NCBI GenBank assembly: GCA_963842525.1
Contig: CAWJGT010000001.1
Location: 744,629 to 808,628 of the forward strand
Length of the DNA stretch: 64,000 nucleotides
Origin: an uncultured Holophagales bacterium
GTDB taxonomy: Bacteria > Acidobacteriota > Thermoanaerobaculia > Multivoradales > UBA5704
Direction: 5' to 3'
Shown here: one piece after another, positions 40,807-52,370 of the stretch
Position numbering within the stretch: the stretch's first letter is position 1
Layout: every line of letters begins with the position of its first letter
The notes under the pieces: generated by a model
Told to the model about the DNA's origin: nothing
Databases searched by the model: none
What the model saw: the letters and a program-made list of their open reading frames with translations, nothing else
Translations under genes and position numbers: made by a program

Positions 40807-41364
40807 TCAACCGATCGCGGTCTCGTCGGGGTCGCCGTTCCGGCCCGCCAGGTAGAGCTCCCACTCGGCGAGGTAGCTCAGCGCGCGGAAGTCCCGCATC
40901 CGGTCGAGGAAGACGACGCCGTTCAGGTGATCGAACTCGTGCTGGACGATGCGCGCTTCGAAGCCGCGGGCGATGTAGTCGAGGCTCCGGCCCTCGCGGT
41001 CCAGGCCGCGGACGCGGACCGCCGGGTGCCGCGGCACCATCCCCCGCAGATCGGGGATGGAGAGGCACCCCTCCCAGTCGTAGGCCAGCTCCCGCTCGTG
41101 GGGGCTGATCATGGGGTTGAGGACGACGTGGAGCGGGATGTCGGCGGCCGGATCGACATGGCCGGCGGACTGGTAGACGAAGATCTGCAGCTCTTCGCCG
41201 ACCTGGGGAGCGGCCAGGCCGACGCCGTGGGCGTCGAGCATGGTCTCGACCATGTCGTCGATGAGCTGTTGGACCTCGGGGCTGCCGATCCGGTCGGCCG
41301 GCACCACCCGGGCGAGGGTGCGCAGGGACGGATGACCGAGCCGGACGATGGGGCGCACGGGCAT
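40807..41364 (-). CDS. def: Peptide deformylase
   Basis: GVGLAAPQVG, EGCLSIP, QHEFDHLNG. Confidence 0.97.
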   Translation of the reverse strand: MPVRPIVRLGHPSLRTLARVVPADRIGSPEVQQLIDDMVETMLDAHGVGLAAPQVGEELQIFVYQSAGHVDPAADIPLHVVLNPMISPHERELAYDWEGCLSIPDLRGMVPRHPAVRVRGLDREGRSLDYIARGFEARIVQHEFDHLNGVVFLDRMRDFRALSYLAEWELYLAGRNGDPDETAIG

Positions 41365-41419
41365 GATAGGGACAGATTATACAGTGTGTGCAAAGGCGTC
41401 CCCCGAGGAGGTGCCTCGC

Positions 41420-41453
41420 GCCCTCGCCCAGGGTTCACACCCTGGGCGAGGGC
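41420..41453. repeat. REP-like hairpin (same family as 9899-10023)
   Basis: GCCCTCGCCCAGGG-TTCACA-CCCTGGGCGAGGGC perfect stem. Confidence 0.7.
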
Positions 41454-41473
41454 GTAGGGTCCCGAGATGAGGG

Positions 41474-42487
41474 TCAACCGACCTTGGTGCCGCAGCCGGG
41501 ACAGAACTTCGAGCCCGGCGCGAGCTTCTGGCCGCAGTTGGAGCAGAAGGCCGGCGTACCCCCTGCGTCCGGGGCCGCCGCGGCGTCCGCGGGTGGAGCC
41601 GGCGCGGCCGGTGCGGTGCCCTGGCCGGGCGCCCCAGGGCCGGAGCCGCCGCCCTGCATGGCCTCGCGCATCATGTTCGGGAGCATCATCCCGACACCCA
41701 CTCCGAGGCCGGCACCCACGGTGGCGCTCGCGGCACCGCCCTGCTGCTGTGCCGCGTCGCCGATCGCCCGCGCGGTCTTGAATTTGAGGTAGGCGTTCAT
41801 GTCGCCGATCGCCCCCATCCCGCTCCGCTCGTCGATCAGCTTCTGCACCTCCTCGGGCGGGGTGATCGCCCCCACGAAGAGGTCGACCAGCTCGACGCCG
41901 TACTTGTTGAAGTCGTCCGCCACCCGCGCCTTCAGGCCCATGGCCAGCTCGTCGTAAAGGCGCGGCAAGTCGAAGATCGAGGTCATGTTCTCGCCCAGCA
42001 CATCGTTCAGCCGGGCCACGATGGCGTCGCGGAACCAGTCCTCCAGCCCGTCGGTGGTGAAGAGCCCGCGCGTGCCCACCACGGTGTTGACGAAGAGCTG
42101 GGCGTTGACCACCCGCACCGCGTATTTGCCGAAGGCGCGCAGGCGGACCATGGCGAGGTCCTTGTCGCGGAAGACCACCGGCTCCTTGGTGCCCCACTTG
42201 AGGTCCATGTAGGTCCTGGTGGAGACGAAGACCACCGCCGCCTGGAAAGGCGACTCGCCGCCGAACGGGATGCTGAGGATGCTGGCCAGGATCGGGACGT
42301 TCTGGGTGGCCAGCGTGTGGCGGCCCGGGCCGAAGGTGTCGAGCGCCTTGCCATCGCGGAAGAAGACCGCCTGCTGGCTCTCCTCGACGATGAGCTGGCT
42401 GCCGAGCCGGATGGCCGACGTGCCCTGCGCCGGCACCCGCGACACCATGGTCTTTCCCGAGGGATCGTGGTATTCGATGACTTGCAT
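41474..42487 (-). CDS. SPFH domain protein with C-terminal zinc ribbon (YdjI-like)
   Basis: GSQLIVEESQQAVFFRDG..GPGRHTL.TQN.P, KWGT, LRAFG; FCSNCG..KFCPGCG. Confidence 0.88.
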   Translation of the reverse strand: MQVIEYHDPSGKTMVSRVPAQGTSAIRLGSQLIVEESQQAVFFRDGKALDTFGPGRHTLATQNVPILASILSIPFGGESPFQAAVVFVSTRTYMDLKWGTKEPVVFRDKDLAMVRLRAFGKYAVRVVNAQLFVNTVVGTRGLFTTDGLEDWFRDAIVARLNDVLGENMTSIFDLPRLYDELAMGLKARVADDFNKYGVELVDLFVGAITPPEEVQKLIDERSGMGAIGDMNAYLKFKTARAIGDAAQQQGGAASATVGAGLGVGVGMMLPNMMREAMQGGGSGPGAPGQGTAPAAPAPPADAAAAPDAGGTPAFCSNCGQKLAPGSKFCPGCGTKVG

Positions 42488-42501
42488 GGCTCGGGTCTCC
42501 C

Positions 42502-43041
42502 CTACGATTCCGCCGCGCCCGTGCCGCGGACCACGTTGCTGACGACGAGCTCGCGCTGGCGCCACTTGTCCTCCAGGGCGCGGACTCTCTGGTGCAGCCG
42601 GTCGAGGGCGGCCGCCGGATTCTCCGGCCCAGGCGCCGGCAGGGCCGCGACGTCGGCCTGCAGCACCTCCAGGTCCTGGAGCACCGAGAGGTCGAACTCG
42701 TAGAGCCGCTGCAGCTCCGCCTCGCCGATCTTCACCGGATCGAAGAGGCCGCTCGCGCCGTAGTCGGCGAAGCGGATGGCCTGCGACAGGCCGTCGATCT
42801 GCCGGTCGAGGCGGTCGAAGCCGCCCAGCGCGGCGATCTGTCCGGCGTCCGTATAGGTCCGCGCCTTGTCGCGCAGCTCCAGCTTCAGCCGTGCCAGCTC
42901 GCCGGAGAGGTGCTCGCGCTGGAGGCGGTCCACGTCGCGCCGCAGCTCGCGGTCCTGGAATCCCCTGTAGCCAGGGATCTTCTCGCCCAGCTTTTCGAGG
43001 ACGTTGCGCCCCGCCCGGGCCTGCTCGTAGCCGTTGGTCAT
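42502..43041 (-). CDS. Conserved helical hypothetical protein
   Basis: KIPGYRGF..E.RRDVD, ADYGASGLFD.VKI..L..LYEFD; co-oriented with the SPFH gene. Confidence 0.8.
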   Translation of the reverse strand: MTNGYEQARAGRNVLEKLGEKIPGYRGFQDRELRRDVDRLQREHLSGELARLKLELRDKARTYTDAGQIAALGGFDRLDRQIDGLSQAIRFADYGASGLFDPVKIGEAELQRLYEFDLSVLQDLEVLQADVAALPAPGPENPAAALDRLHQRVRALEDKWRQRELVVSNVVRGTGAAES

Positions 43042-43087
43042 CGCATCCTCCTCACAGACTTATGCTATCAGAGCGGAGCCTGCGAAG

Positions 43088-43254
43088 ACCTCACCCCCTG
43101 GCCCCCTCTCCCGTCTCCCTTCCACCCCCCGCCGGGAGAGGGGGAACGCATCCGGAGCCGTTCCGCGAGCTCGCCACAAAGGCACCAACAACGTCCCCCC
43201 TCTCCCGGGGACGGGGCGGGTGGGAGATGGGAGAGGGGGACAGAGGGTGAGGTC
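43088..43254. repeat. Empty REPIN/MITE of the CCCTCACCCC...CCCTCTCCC...GGGAGAGGG family
   Basis: Inverted arms 43088-43145 and 43195-43254, related to the DUF559-flanking repeats. Confidence 0.8.
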
Positions 43255-43319
43255 CCATCTTCCCGTCGAGCGTAATTTTCGTTATTCTCTCCACGCGGAA
43301 TTCTTCAAGGCAGTCTTGA

Positions 43320-45483
43320 TTGCTCAAGGGCAATCCTTTTTTCCTGGCGCTCGGTGCCGCAATCCTGATCTTCGGGGGGTGCTCCCGCGGGGACGGAGGA
43401 GCTGCGCCAAGCCCGAATCTGCTGCTCGTGACCCTCGACACGGTGCGAGCCGACCGAATCGGCTCTTATGGCTACAGGGCAGCCGAAACGCCCTGGCTCG
43501 ACCGCCTGGCGGGCGACGGGGTGCGCTTCGCGCAGGCCTCGGCGCCGGTGCCTCTCACCCTCCCATCGCACGCCAGCATGCTCTCCGGCCTTCTGCCGCC
43601 TCATCACGGCCTGCGCAACAACGGCGTCGGCACCTTCCCCGAGGGGCCGTCCACCCTGGCCACGCTGCTCGCGGCGGAGGGCTACCGCACCGGCGCCTTC
43701 GTCGGCTCCTTCGTGCTCGACCGCCGGTTCGGCCTGGGGCGCGGGTTCGAGGTCTACGATGACGAGATCGAGAGGGATCCGGTCGCCGGCACGACCCTCG
43801 AAGCCGAACGGCCGGGCCGGGAGGTGGTCGACCGCGCCCTCGCCTGGCTCGCCTCTGCCAGGACCGATGACTCCCGTCCCTTCTTCCTCTGGGTCCACCT
43901 GTACGACGCCCATGCCCCCTACACGCCGCCGTCGCCGCACCGCGAGCGCCATGCCGGGCGTCCCTATGATGGCGAGATCGCCGCGGTCGACGAGCAGGTC
44001 GGCCGCCTGCTGGCGGCGCTCGAGCAGCGCGGCCTGGCCGGGCAGACCGTGGTGGCGGTGTCCGGCGACCACGGCGAGGGGCTGGGCGACCACGGGGAGC
44101 TTACCCATGGGCTGCTGCTCTACGAGCCCACCCTGCGCGTGCCGCTCCTCGTGCGCGCGCCGGACGTGAAGCCGGGCCGGGTCGTGCGCACTCCCGTCAG
44201 CCTCGCCGACCTGGCCCCGACCCTGGCCGGTCTGCTCGGCAAGGGCCTGCCGGCGCCTCCGGTGGGAACGCTCGACGGCCGCGACCTCTCGGCCCCGTTG
44301 CGGCAGGGCGAGGAGCCGCCGCCGGCTGACATCTACGCCGAGACCCAGTACCCGGCGATCTTCGGCTGGAGCCCTCTTGCCGCTCTGCGGCGCCGCGATC
44401 TCAAGTACATCTCCGCCCCGCAGCCGGAGCTCTACGACCTGGCCCGCGACCCGGGCGAGGCAGCCGACCTGGCGCGACAGAGGGAGGAAGGCCAGCTACG
44501 CGGCTTTGCCGGCCGCCTGGCCGAGATCGAGGCCGGCGCCGTCGAGGCCCCGCGCGGCGGCGTCGATGCGGAGACGCGCGCCCGGCTGGCGAGCCTCGGC
44601 TATGCTGCCGGAGGGACCGCGCCGCCGCGCCGCCGCACCGGCGACCCCGGAGCTGCCGACCCCAAGCGCATGGCGCCCCTCTTCGCGCGGTACGAGCGGG
44701 CGCACGCCCAGCTCCGCAGCGGCCGGGCGGAGAGCGCCCTGGCCGAGCTCGAGGCCCTGGTCGCCGCCGACCCGGGCAACCCGGTCTTCCGTGGCGAGCT
44801 GCGCCCGGGCCTGGCGCGAACGGGGGGAGGTGGAGAAGGCCGTGCCGCTCCACCGGCAGGCCGCGGCGGACGCCCCCGACGACCCCGAGGCCTGGTACAA
44901 CCTGGCGTCGACCCTCCAGGAGGCGGGGCGTACGGCCGAGGCCCGGGAGGCGATCCAGCGGGCCCTGCGGCTCGATCCGGCGCGGCCCGAGGCGCACAAC
45001 ACCCTGGGCGTCCTCCTGCTCGCCGAGGACCGGCCGGAGGCGGCGCGCCAGGAGCTCGAGCTCGCCGCCGCGCTCGATCCGCGCAACGCCACGGCGCTCA
45101 ACAACCTCGGCAACGTCCTGCGCGGCCTGGGCCGGGCCGCGGAGGCCGAGCGCGCCTACCAGCAGGCGATCGCCGTCGCGCCCCGCTACGCCGAGCCGCT
45201 CAACGGCCTCGGCACCCTGGAGGTGGAGCGGGATCGGCCGGCTCAAGCACTTTCCTATTTTGACCGGGCTCTCCGTCTGGCGCCGCGCTACCACGAGGTC
45301 CGCCTGAACCGTGGCATTGCGCACGAGGTCGCCGGAGAGCCGGACGCGGCGGCGGCGGCGTACCGCGATTTCCTGGCCGCCACCGAGGGCGACCGCCAGT
45401 TCGCCGAGCAGCGCCGGACCGCCCGGATGCTGCTCGCAAGGATCGAAGACAAGAGAACGACCACCACTCAAGAGAGGAGGTGA
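43320..45483 (+). CDS. Sulfatase-like hydrolase with C-terminal TPRs; frameshift near 44805
   Basis: NLLLVTLDTVRADR, PLTLPSHASML.G..P..HG, WVHLYDAH, GDHGEGLGDHGE; TPRs continue in ORF 44377-45483. Confidence 0.85.
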
Positions 45484-45596
45484 TTCAGGCCCAGGACCCG
45501 CTCCCCTCACTCCCGTACTCCGATATCCCGAGCATTTTTCGATTCCATACGTCCGATTCCATACGGTGTACAGAGGACTCCAAAGGAGACTGTGCC

Positions 45597-48522
45597 ATGA
45601 ATTCCAGAAAACCGCTGATGCTCCGCGGCCTCGCGCTGGCGATCCTGCTGGCCCTGGCCTGGACCATCGCCTTCGCTCCCGGAGCGAGCGCGCAGACCGC
45701 GGGCGCCTCCCTCGTCGGGCATGTCCAGGACAAGGACGGCGCGCCGCTGCCCGGCGTCACCGTCACCGTGGCCAACAAGGAGACCGGCCTCGAACGGTCG
45801 ACGACCTCCGGCGCCGACGGCACCTTCCTGCTGCCGTCGCTGCCCGTCGGCACCTACACCGTGAAGGCCGAGCTCTCCGGCTTCGCCACGGTCACCGTCG
45901 AGGAGGTCCGGCTCAACGTGGCGTCGCAGCGCACCCTCGACGTCCAGATGAGCCAGACCTCGGTCGAGGAGACGATCACCGTCGTCGACGAGGCCCCGCT
46001 GGTGCAGACCACGCCGAGCATCGGCACCGTGGTGAGCGAGCAGCAGCTCGAGAACCTGCCTTTGAACGGCCGCCAGTTCGCCAACCTGGCGATCCTCGCG
46101 CCGGGCACCTCGCTGGCCTATAACTCCGACCCGACCAAGCCCGGCCAGCTCACCGTGGCCCTCAACGGCGGCATCGGGCGCAACGTCAACTACGTGATCG
46201 ACGGCGGCGACAACACCGACGACACGATCGGCGGCGCCCTCCAGAATTTCAACCTGGAGTCCGTCGAGGAGTTCAACATCCAGACGCAGCAGTACAAGGC
46301 CGAGTACGGCCGCTCGAGCGGCGGCGTGCTGACCGTGGTGACCAAGACCGGCACCAACCAGTTCGAAGGGACCACCTGGGGCTTCTTCCGCGACGACAGC
46401 CTGAACTCGCAGACCGAGACGGAACAGCTCAGCGGCTCCGACAAGCAGCCCTATGAGCGCAAGCAGTACGGCCTCGCGCTGGGCGGCCCCATCGTGCGTG
46501 ACAGAGCTCGACTTCTTCGCCACCTACGAGAAGACCGAACGCGATACCTTCTACACCCTCAACACCGATCCCGACGGCGGCGATCCTCTGCCGCCGATCT
46601 TCCCGTCGCTTCAGGGACAGTCCTTCGCGACGCCGTTCGAGGACGAGCTGATCACGGCGAAGGCGACCTGGGACCCGTCGCCCAAGCAGTATCTGCAGGT
46701 CCGCTATGGCTATCAGAAGAACAGCGACAAGTACGGGGCCAGCCCGACCACGACGCCGACCGCGCTGGGCACGGTGGGCAACGAGTACAGCTCGATCCTC
46801 GCCGGCCATACGTACCAGATCGGATCGGACGCGCTCAACGAATTCGTGTTCCAGTATACCAAGTTCGACAACCTGATCAGCGCCGACTCCAACGATCCGT
46901 CGCTCGTCTACCCCTCCGGCGTCATCACCGGTCAGAACGGCAATACTCCGCAGGCCACGCACCAGAAGAAGTACCAGTACAAGGACGACCTGAGCTTCGC
47001 CAGCACCCTGGGCGGCCGGACGCACCAGTTCAAGACCGGCCTCAACTACATCCACGAGCCTGTGCTGGGCGGCGACTTCTCCACCGGCCTCGCGGGAGCG
47101 TTCGCGCTACGCGATGACGTGGTCGGCTCGCCGGTGACCGACATCACGATCTTCGGCGGGTTCTTCGGCATGAGCACCCCGGTCGACCAGTACAGCGGGT
47201 ACGTCCAGGACGACATCTACTGGAACGACCGCCTGACGCTGAACTTCGGCCTGCGCTACGACTATTGGGACGGCTTCGACCTCGACCAGAGGACGAACCC
47301 CATCTGGCAGACCCTGTCCACCCAGACAAGGTTCAACGAGTACTATCTGCGCGACTTCCAGGGCGGCCAGGGCGGCGTGCTGGAGAACGACGACGACAAC
47401 ATCGGCCCACGGCTCGGCTTCTCCTACGACCTCAAGGGGGACGGCCGGCAGTTGCTGCGCGGCGGCTGGGGCATCTACTACGACTTCCCCTACACGAACG
47501 CCACCATCCTCTTCCCGGCCGCGTCCGTGCAGTCCAACTTCGGCGTCGTCTACAACGCCAACGACCCCAACGGCATCCGCAACCCGGACGGCAGCTTCTT
47601 CCAGCCGGGCCAGCCGCTGCCGCCCAACCAGCTCCCAGCGGCCGACATCCCGCCGCCCAACGAGGTGGCCTCGCCGACCCTGGCGACCCCCTACGCCGGC
47701 CAGGGCTCGCTCGGCTACTCCTGGCAGGCGACGAACTGGCTGGGCCTGAACATCGAAGCCGTGCGGATCAACTACCGGGACATCCCGTACCGGTTCCGCG
47801 CCAACCCGTTCGTCGACGCGAACCGCAACGGCGTCCGGGACCCCAACGAGACGCGCCGTTTCCCGGACTTCGGCAACTTCCGGATCTGGTACGGCAATGG
47901 CCAGGCCACCTACAGCGCCGTGAACCTGAGCGCGCGCGCCCGCCTCGGCAGCCGGGCCGAGATCCAGGGCTTCTACACCTATTCCGAGGCCAAGGGCAAC
48001 GTGCTCGCCGGAGCCGACGAGTTCCGGATCACCGACGCCGGCCACCAGTCCGATGTCGGCTCTCCCCGCAACGACGTCTCCGTCAATCCGCTCGATCCGC
48101 AGTGCCCGCAGTGCTTCGGGCCGCTCAACACCGACGCCCGCAACCGGCTGACTCTGAGCGGTGTCTGGCGCGGACCGTTGGGGATCAACTTCGCCGGCAT
48201 GTTCCGTTACCGCTCGGCTCTCCCGTACACCAAGCACCTGAACGCGGACATCAACGGCGACGGCTTCATCCTCGACCTGCCCGCGGGCGAGTCCGTCAAC
48301 TCGGGCCGCGGCTCCTCGTTCCAGCAGCTCGACATCCGGTTGTCGAAGGAGTTCTCCTTCGCCGACGCCGTCACCGTCGAGCTGATCGGCGAGGTGTTCA
48401 ACGTCCTCAACGAAGAGAACCCCGCGCGTTTCGACCGCTTCGGCGAGCCGCACGCCTTCGCGGGCGACCCGCTCCAGGGCGAGCAGCGCCTCGGCCAGCT
48501 CGGTCTGCGCATCCGCTTCTAG
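45597..48522 (+). CDS. TonB-dependent receptor (Oar-like, carboxypeptidase-regulatory N-domain); frameshift near 46500
   Basis: G.PLPGVTVT, LPLNGRQF, KAEYGRSSGG..VVTKTGTN, LGGPIVRD, GPRLGFSYD, terminal QLGLRIRF. Confidence 0.9.
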
Positions 48523-50530
48523 TCAGCGGTCGGAGATCGGCTTTGGTGTAGTCCTGGGGGGCGCTTCGGCGCCCCCTTTCATTGTTTCGTATTCGACCTT
48601 GCGGCCCCCGAAGGAAAGCGTCCACCGCCCCTGCCCCCGGCTCGAGAGGAAGGGGCCCGCGAGCAACGGATAGTCGAGGTCGAGCGCCTTGCCGCCGACC
48701 GTCGCCCGCTCGCCCGGGAGGAAAGCGAGCCGGGTGCCGTCGCTCGCCGTGAAGCGCAGCTCCCGCTCGACCACTGCCAGGCGGCCGGAGGCCACCCGCT
48801 TCTTCCAGACCTGGAAGTCGCCGTCCTCGGCCCGGCGGCCGGCCTCCAGCGCAATGGCGGCCGGCTGCCGCCGCGGCACCGCCGCCCAGGAGCCGTGGAA
48901 GCTCTTGTCCCCCCCGTAGTAGCCGGGGAAGCGTTCCGGCGCGGGCGCGACGTCCCATCCGCCCTCGGTCACCAGGGCGACGTACGTGTCGCCGTACCGC
49001 GAAACCACCACCTCGCCGCTCTCGCCGGCTGCTTCCGGCTTCGACCACGGCGGCGCCAGGTAGGCATGCCCGGCACCGTCCGGCCCCTCCCCGACCCCGA
49101 GCCGGGCCACGGCGACGTTGCGGTTCCCCACGGCCAGGTCCTGTCCGGCGAAGCTCTTCCACCGGCCCGAGCGCACGTTGCTCGTCCGGCTCCAGAGGTA
49201 GAGCGGCGCGAACTCCGGGCCGGAGGCGTAGAGCGTCGCCATGATCTCCTGCCCGCCGGAGACCCCCAGGCGCAAACCGCCGACCGACTGCGAGGTGCCC
49301 AGGATGTAGTCCGGCGTCGCGTAGCTGTAGAGAGCGGTGTTCAGGTCCAGCCGTTCGGGCTGCGGGATGCGCCGCCGCGCCCGGATCTCGTAGGGCGGCT
49401 GGCTCTTCCGCTCGGCCAGGAGGCGCTTCACCGGCTCCGGCATCTCGTAGGCGCTGGTCCCGATCTCTGGACTGTCCTTGAAGGAGATCTTGCCGGCTTC
49501 GCCCATGCCGGCGGCCAGCCAGGCCCAGGCGGGCCAGCGCGTGTTGTCCGGCCCGAGCGCCCAATGGACATAGGTGCGGCTCTTGGCGCCCGCCGGAAAA
49601 CCGTCCACCTGCTCCTGCGCCCACTCGGCGAAAAGCAGGTCGAGCTGCCGGGCGGCGAGGCGGCGCACCGTCTCCTGCGGCGCGTGATCGACAAGCTGGA
49701 GGAGGGCGGTCATCGAGGTGCCGATGTAGCCCGGGCTTTCGGCTTCGTACCACCCCTCGCGGTCGTGCGCGAGGAGGAAGGCCTCGGCGTAGCGTCCCCA
49801 GGCCACGGACGCCGCGGCCCGGGGTGACCCGGCCGGCCCGGGATCGACCTTGAAGGCGGCCAGGCAGCGGGCGATGCGGACGATCCGCTGGTTCTCGGTC
49901 TCCTTGAACCGCCAGGGATCGCGGATCGACGCCTCGTTGGGCGGCGGGACATAGGTCGCCGCCGCGGCCCGCAGCCGGGCCTGGAAGCTCGGGCGGCAGC
50001 ACCTGGGCGTACTGGAGCGCCACCCGCTGCAGCGACACCAGGGCCCGCTCACAGCCGACCTTGTTCCACTTCTCTTTGCACTCGTCGATCGTGCCGGCGA
50101 CCCAGCGGACCGCGTCCTCGCGGGCCGCGGGATGAGCAGACCCGCCGGCAGCGGTGTTGGCGGTGTTGGCGGCCACGGCAGCGGCTGACAGGGCCCCGTA
50201 GCTGCGCCGCTCTTCATCGAGGCGGATCCTCTGCGCGAACCGCGCCATCTGGGTGTAGGACATCTCGAGATAGCGGAGCTTCCGCTCGGCGATCCCCACA
50301 GGCTTCGCAGGGCTTGCCTCGGCCTGGACGGCCGGAGTGGATGCCGGCTCCTTCCGGACCTCCGCCGCCTGCCCCGCCCGCGCCTCGGTCGCCTGGTGGA
50401 GAGCCCGCCAGGGCCTCTCCTCCGAGCAGGCGGCCAGGGCCGTGGCGAGAGCCAGGACCGCCAGCGCGGCCCCGAGCATGCCAGAATGGCGCCTGGCGCG
50501 GTGCGGGTCGTTCCTGGGAAGCTTTCTCAT
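48523..50530 (-). CDS. Secreted hypothetical lipoprotein (possibly heparinase/lyase-like fold); frameshifted
   Basis: Lipobox ALAAC in ORF 48407-50539; body TENQ..GWYEAESPGY..YSYATPDYILG in ORF 48523-50217. Confidence 0.55.
48557..48579 (+). terminator. Probable intrinsic terminator hairpin
   Basis: GGGGGCGC-TTCG-GCGCCCCC-TTT after the receptor stop codon; overlaps the tail of the convergent ORF. Confidence 0.55.
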
Positions 50531-50667
50531 CTCGGTCACCTCGCCCCCTCTCCATGCAGGATCAGCGCCGTGATAGCGTGTCCTCCTTTCGAAGAGCCTC
50601 CGCTCGCGACACCTTCCAGCGGAAGCAGTGTCCTGGAGTCAGTTGGAGCCCAGTTGGAGCCAGAGCC

Positions 50668-52134
50668 ATGAGCATCGAGATCAACGGCCCGGTTCGGGTG
50701 CGTTTCGCACCGTCGCCGACCGGCTTTCTGCACGTGGGCGGCGCGCGCACCGCCATCTACAACGACCTGCTGCGGCAGAACGCGGGCGGCGCCTTCATCC
50801 TGCGCATCGAAGACACCGACAAGCAGCGGTCGGACGAAGCGATGACCCGGCAGATCGTCTCGGCGCTCGCCTGGATCGGCATCGAGTGGGACGAAGGGCC
50901 GTTCCTCCAGAGCGAGCGGCTGCCGCGCCACCGCGAGCGGGGGGAGGAGCTGCTTGCCGCGGGCAAGGCCTACCGCTGCTTCTGCACCCCCGAGGAGCTG
51001 GACGCGCAGCGCGCCGAGGCCCAGCAGAAGGGGCTCGCCTTCCGCTATCCCCGCACCTGCCTGAACCGCCCGCAGGAAGAGACTGACGCCCTCCTGGCCC
51101 AGGGCAAGCCCTTCGCTGTCCGTTTCCGGATGCCGGACGAGAACATCCGCTTCGAGGACATCGTCCGCGGCGACATGGACTTCCCGCCGGACGCGCTCGA
51201 CGACTTCATCATCCTGCGTTCGGACGGCACGCCCACCTACCACATGTCCGTCGTGGTGGACGACATCGACATGAAGGTCACGCACGTGATCCGGGGCGAG
51301 GACCACCTGTCGAACACGCCCAAGCACATCCCGCTCTTCCAGGCCCTGGGCGGCGAGGTCCCGACCTTCGGCCACCTCCCGCTGATCCTCGGCCCGGACA
51401 AGAAGCGGCTGTCCAAGCGCTACGGCGCAACGTCTGTCGAGGAGCTCTGCAACGAAGGCATCCTGCCGCAGGCGCTCTACAACTTCCTGGCCCTGCTCGG
51501 CTGGAGCCCGGGCGAGGACCGCGAGGTCCTGTCGCGCGCCGAGATGGTCGCCCTCTTCTCGATCGACCGCCTGAACGCCTCGGCGGCCGTGTTCGACCGC
51601 GAGAAGCTGCTGTGGATGAGCTCCCAGTACCTCTCGCGGCTGTCCACCCCGGATCTGATGCCGCACCTGCGTCCCTTCCTGGAGCAGGCCGGACTGGGCG
51701 ACGCCGATCCCGACCGCCTCGCCGCGGCGGTGGAGCTCCACCGCACTCGCTCGAGGACCCTCAAAGAGCTGGCCGAGCACCTGGTCCCCTACTTCCGCGA
51801 CTCCCTCGTCTACGATCCGGAGGCCTGCGCCAAGTTCCTCAAGGACGGCAGCCTGGTCGACCACGTCGAGGCCCTGAGAGCTCGCTACGCCGCCCTCCCC
51901 TCCTTCACCAAGGAGGCCCTGGAGGCGGAGCTGCGGTCCCTGGCCGACGAGAGGCAGGTCAAGGCGGGAGCGCTCATCCACCCCACCCGCATGGCCCTCT
52001 CCGCCACCCAGGCCGGTCCGCCGCTCTTCGACCTGGTGGAGGTGATGGGCCGCGAGACCACCCTCCGGCGCCTGGACCGCTTCGCCGGTTTCCTGCGGGA
52101 AGTGGGGAATAGGGAGCCCGCCCTCCAGAGTTGA
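50668..52134 (+). CDS. gltX: Glutamate--tRNA ligase
   Basis: RVRFAPSPTGFLHVGGART, LRIEDTD, THVIRGEDH, RLSKR. Confidence 0.97.
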   Translation: MSIEINGPVRVRFAPSPTGFLHVGGARTAIYNDLLRQNAGGAFILRIEDTDKQRSDEAMTRQIVSALAWIGIEWDEGPFLQSERLPRHRERGEELLAAGKAYRCFCTPEELDAQRAEAQQKGLAFRYPRTCLNRPQEETDALLAQGKPFAVRFRMPDENIRFEDIVRGDMDFPPDALDDFIILRSDGTPTYHMSVVVDDIDMKVTHVIRGEDHLSNTPKHIPLFQALGGEVPTFGHLPLILGPDKKRLSKRYGATSVEELCNEGILPQALYNFLALLGWSPGEDREVLSRAEMVALFSIDRLNASAAVFDREKLLWMSSQYLSRLSTPDLMPHLRPFLEQAGLGDADPDRLAAAVELHRTRSRTLKELAEHLVPYFRDSLVYDPEACAKFLKDGSLVDHVEALRARYAALPSFTKEALEAELRSLADERQVKAGALIHPTRMALSATQAGPPLFDLVEVMGRETTLRRLDRFAGFLREVGNREPALQS

Positions 52135-52175
52135 CCAAGCCGGCCGGGATTCGGTACCCTACCGGCTCGTCCTGC

Positions 52176-52249
52176 TGGGAGGTCGTTCAACGGTAGGACA
52201 AGCGGCTCTGACCCGCTTAATCGGGGTTCGAATCCCTGCCTCCCAGCCA
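52176..52249 (+). tRNA. tRNA-Gln (anticodon CTG)
   Basis: Acceptor stem TGGGAGG/CCTCCCA, anticodon arm GCGG-CTCTGAC-CCGC, T-loop GGTTCGAATCC, encoded CCA end. Confidence 0.96.
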
Positions 52250-52268
52250 ATTCAGCTTCCGCTTTTCG

Positions 52269-52348
52269 AGGCCGCCGCAAGGCGGCCTTTGATGTTTCCA
52301 GGCTGCCAATGAAAATAAAAAAAGGGGGGCGTTGCCGCCCCCCTTCGT
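52269..52348. terminator. Two terminator hairpins between the convergent tRNA and receptor genes
   Basis: AGGCCGCC-GCAA-GGCGGCCT-TT for the + strand; A-run then GGGGGGCG..CGCCCCCC for the - strand. Confidence 0.7.
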
Positions 52349-52370
52349 TGTTCCGGCTGGCGTGTCGGCT

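Noticed and set aside
45540-45565. Tandem CGATTCCATACG x2 upstream of the TonB receptor (also CAGTTGGAGCC x2 at 50640-50661 before gltX)
   Set aside because: Two-copy short duplications; could be operators but cannot be told from slippage on sequence alone.
52176-52370. tRNA-Gln as an integration site for an island
   Set aside because: No duplicate of the tRNA 3' end noticed in the window and no integrase adjacent.
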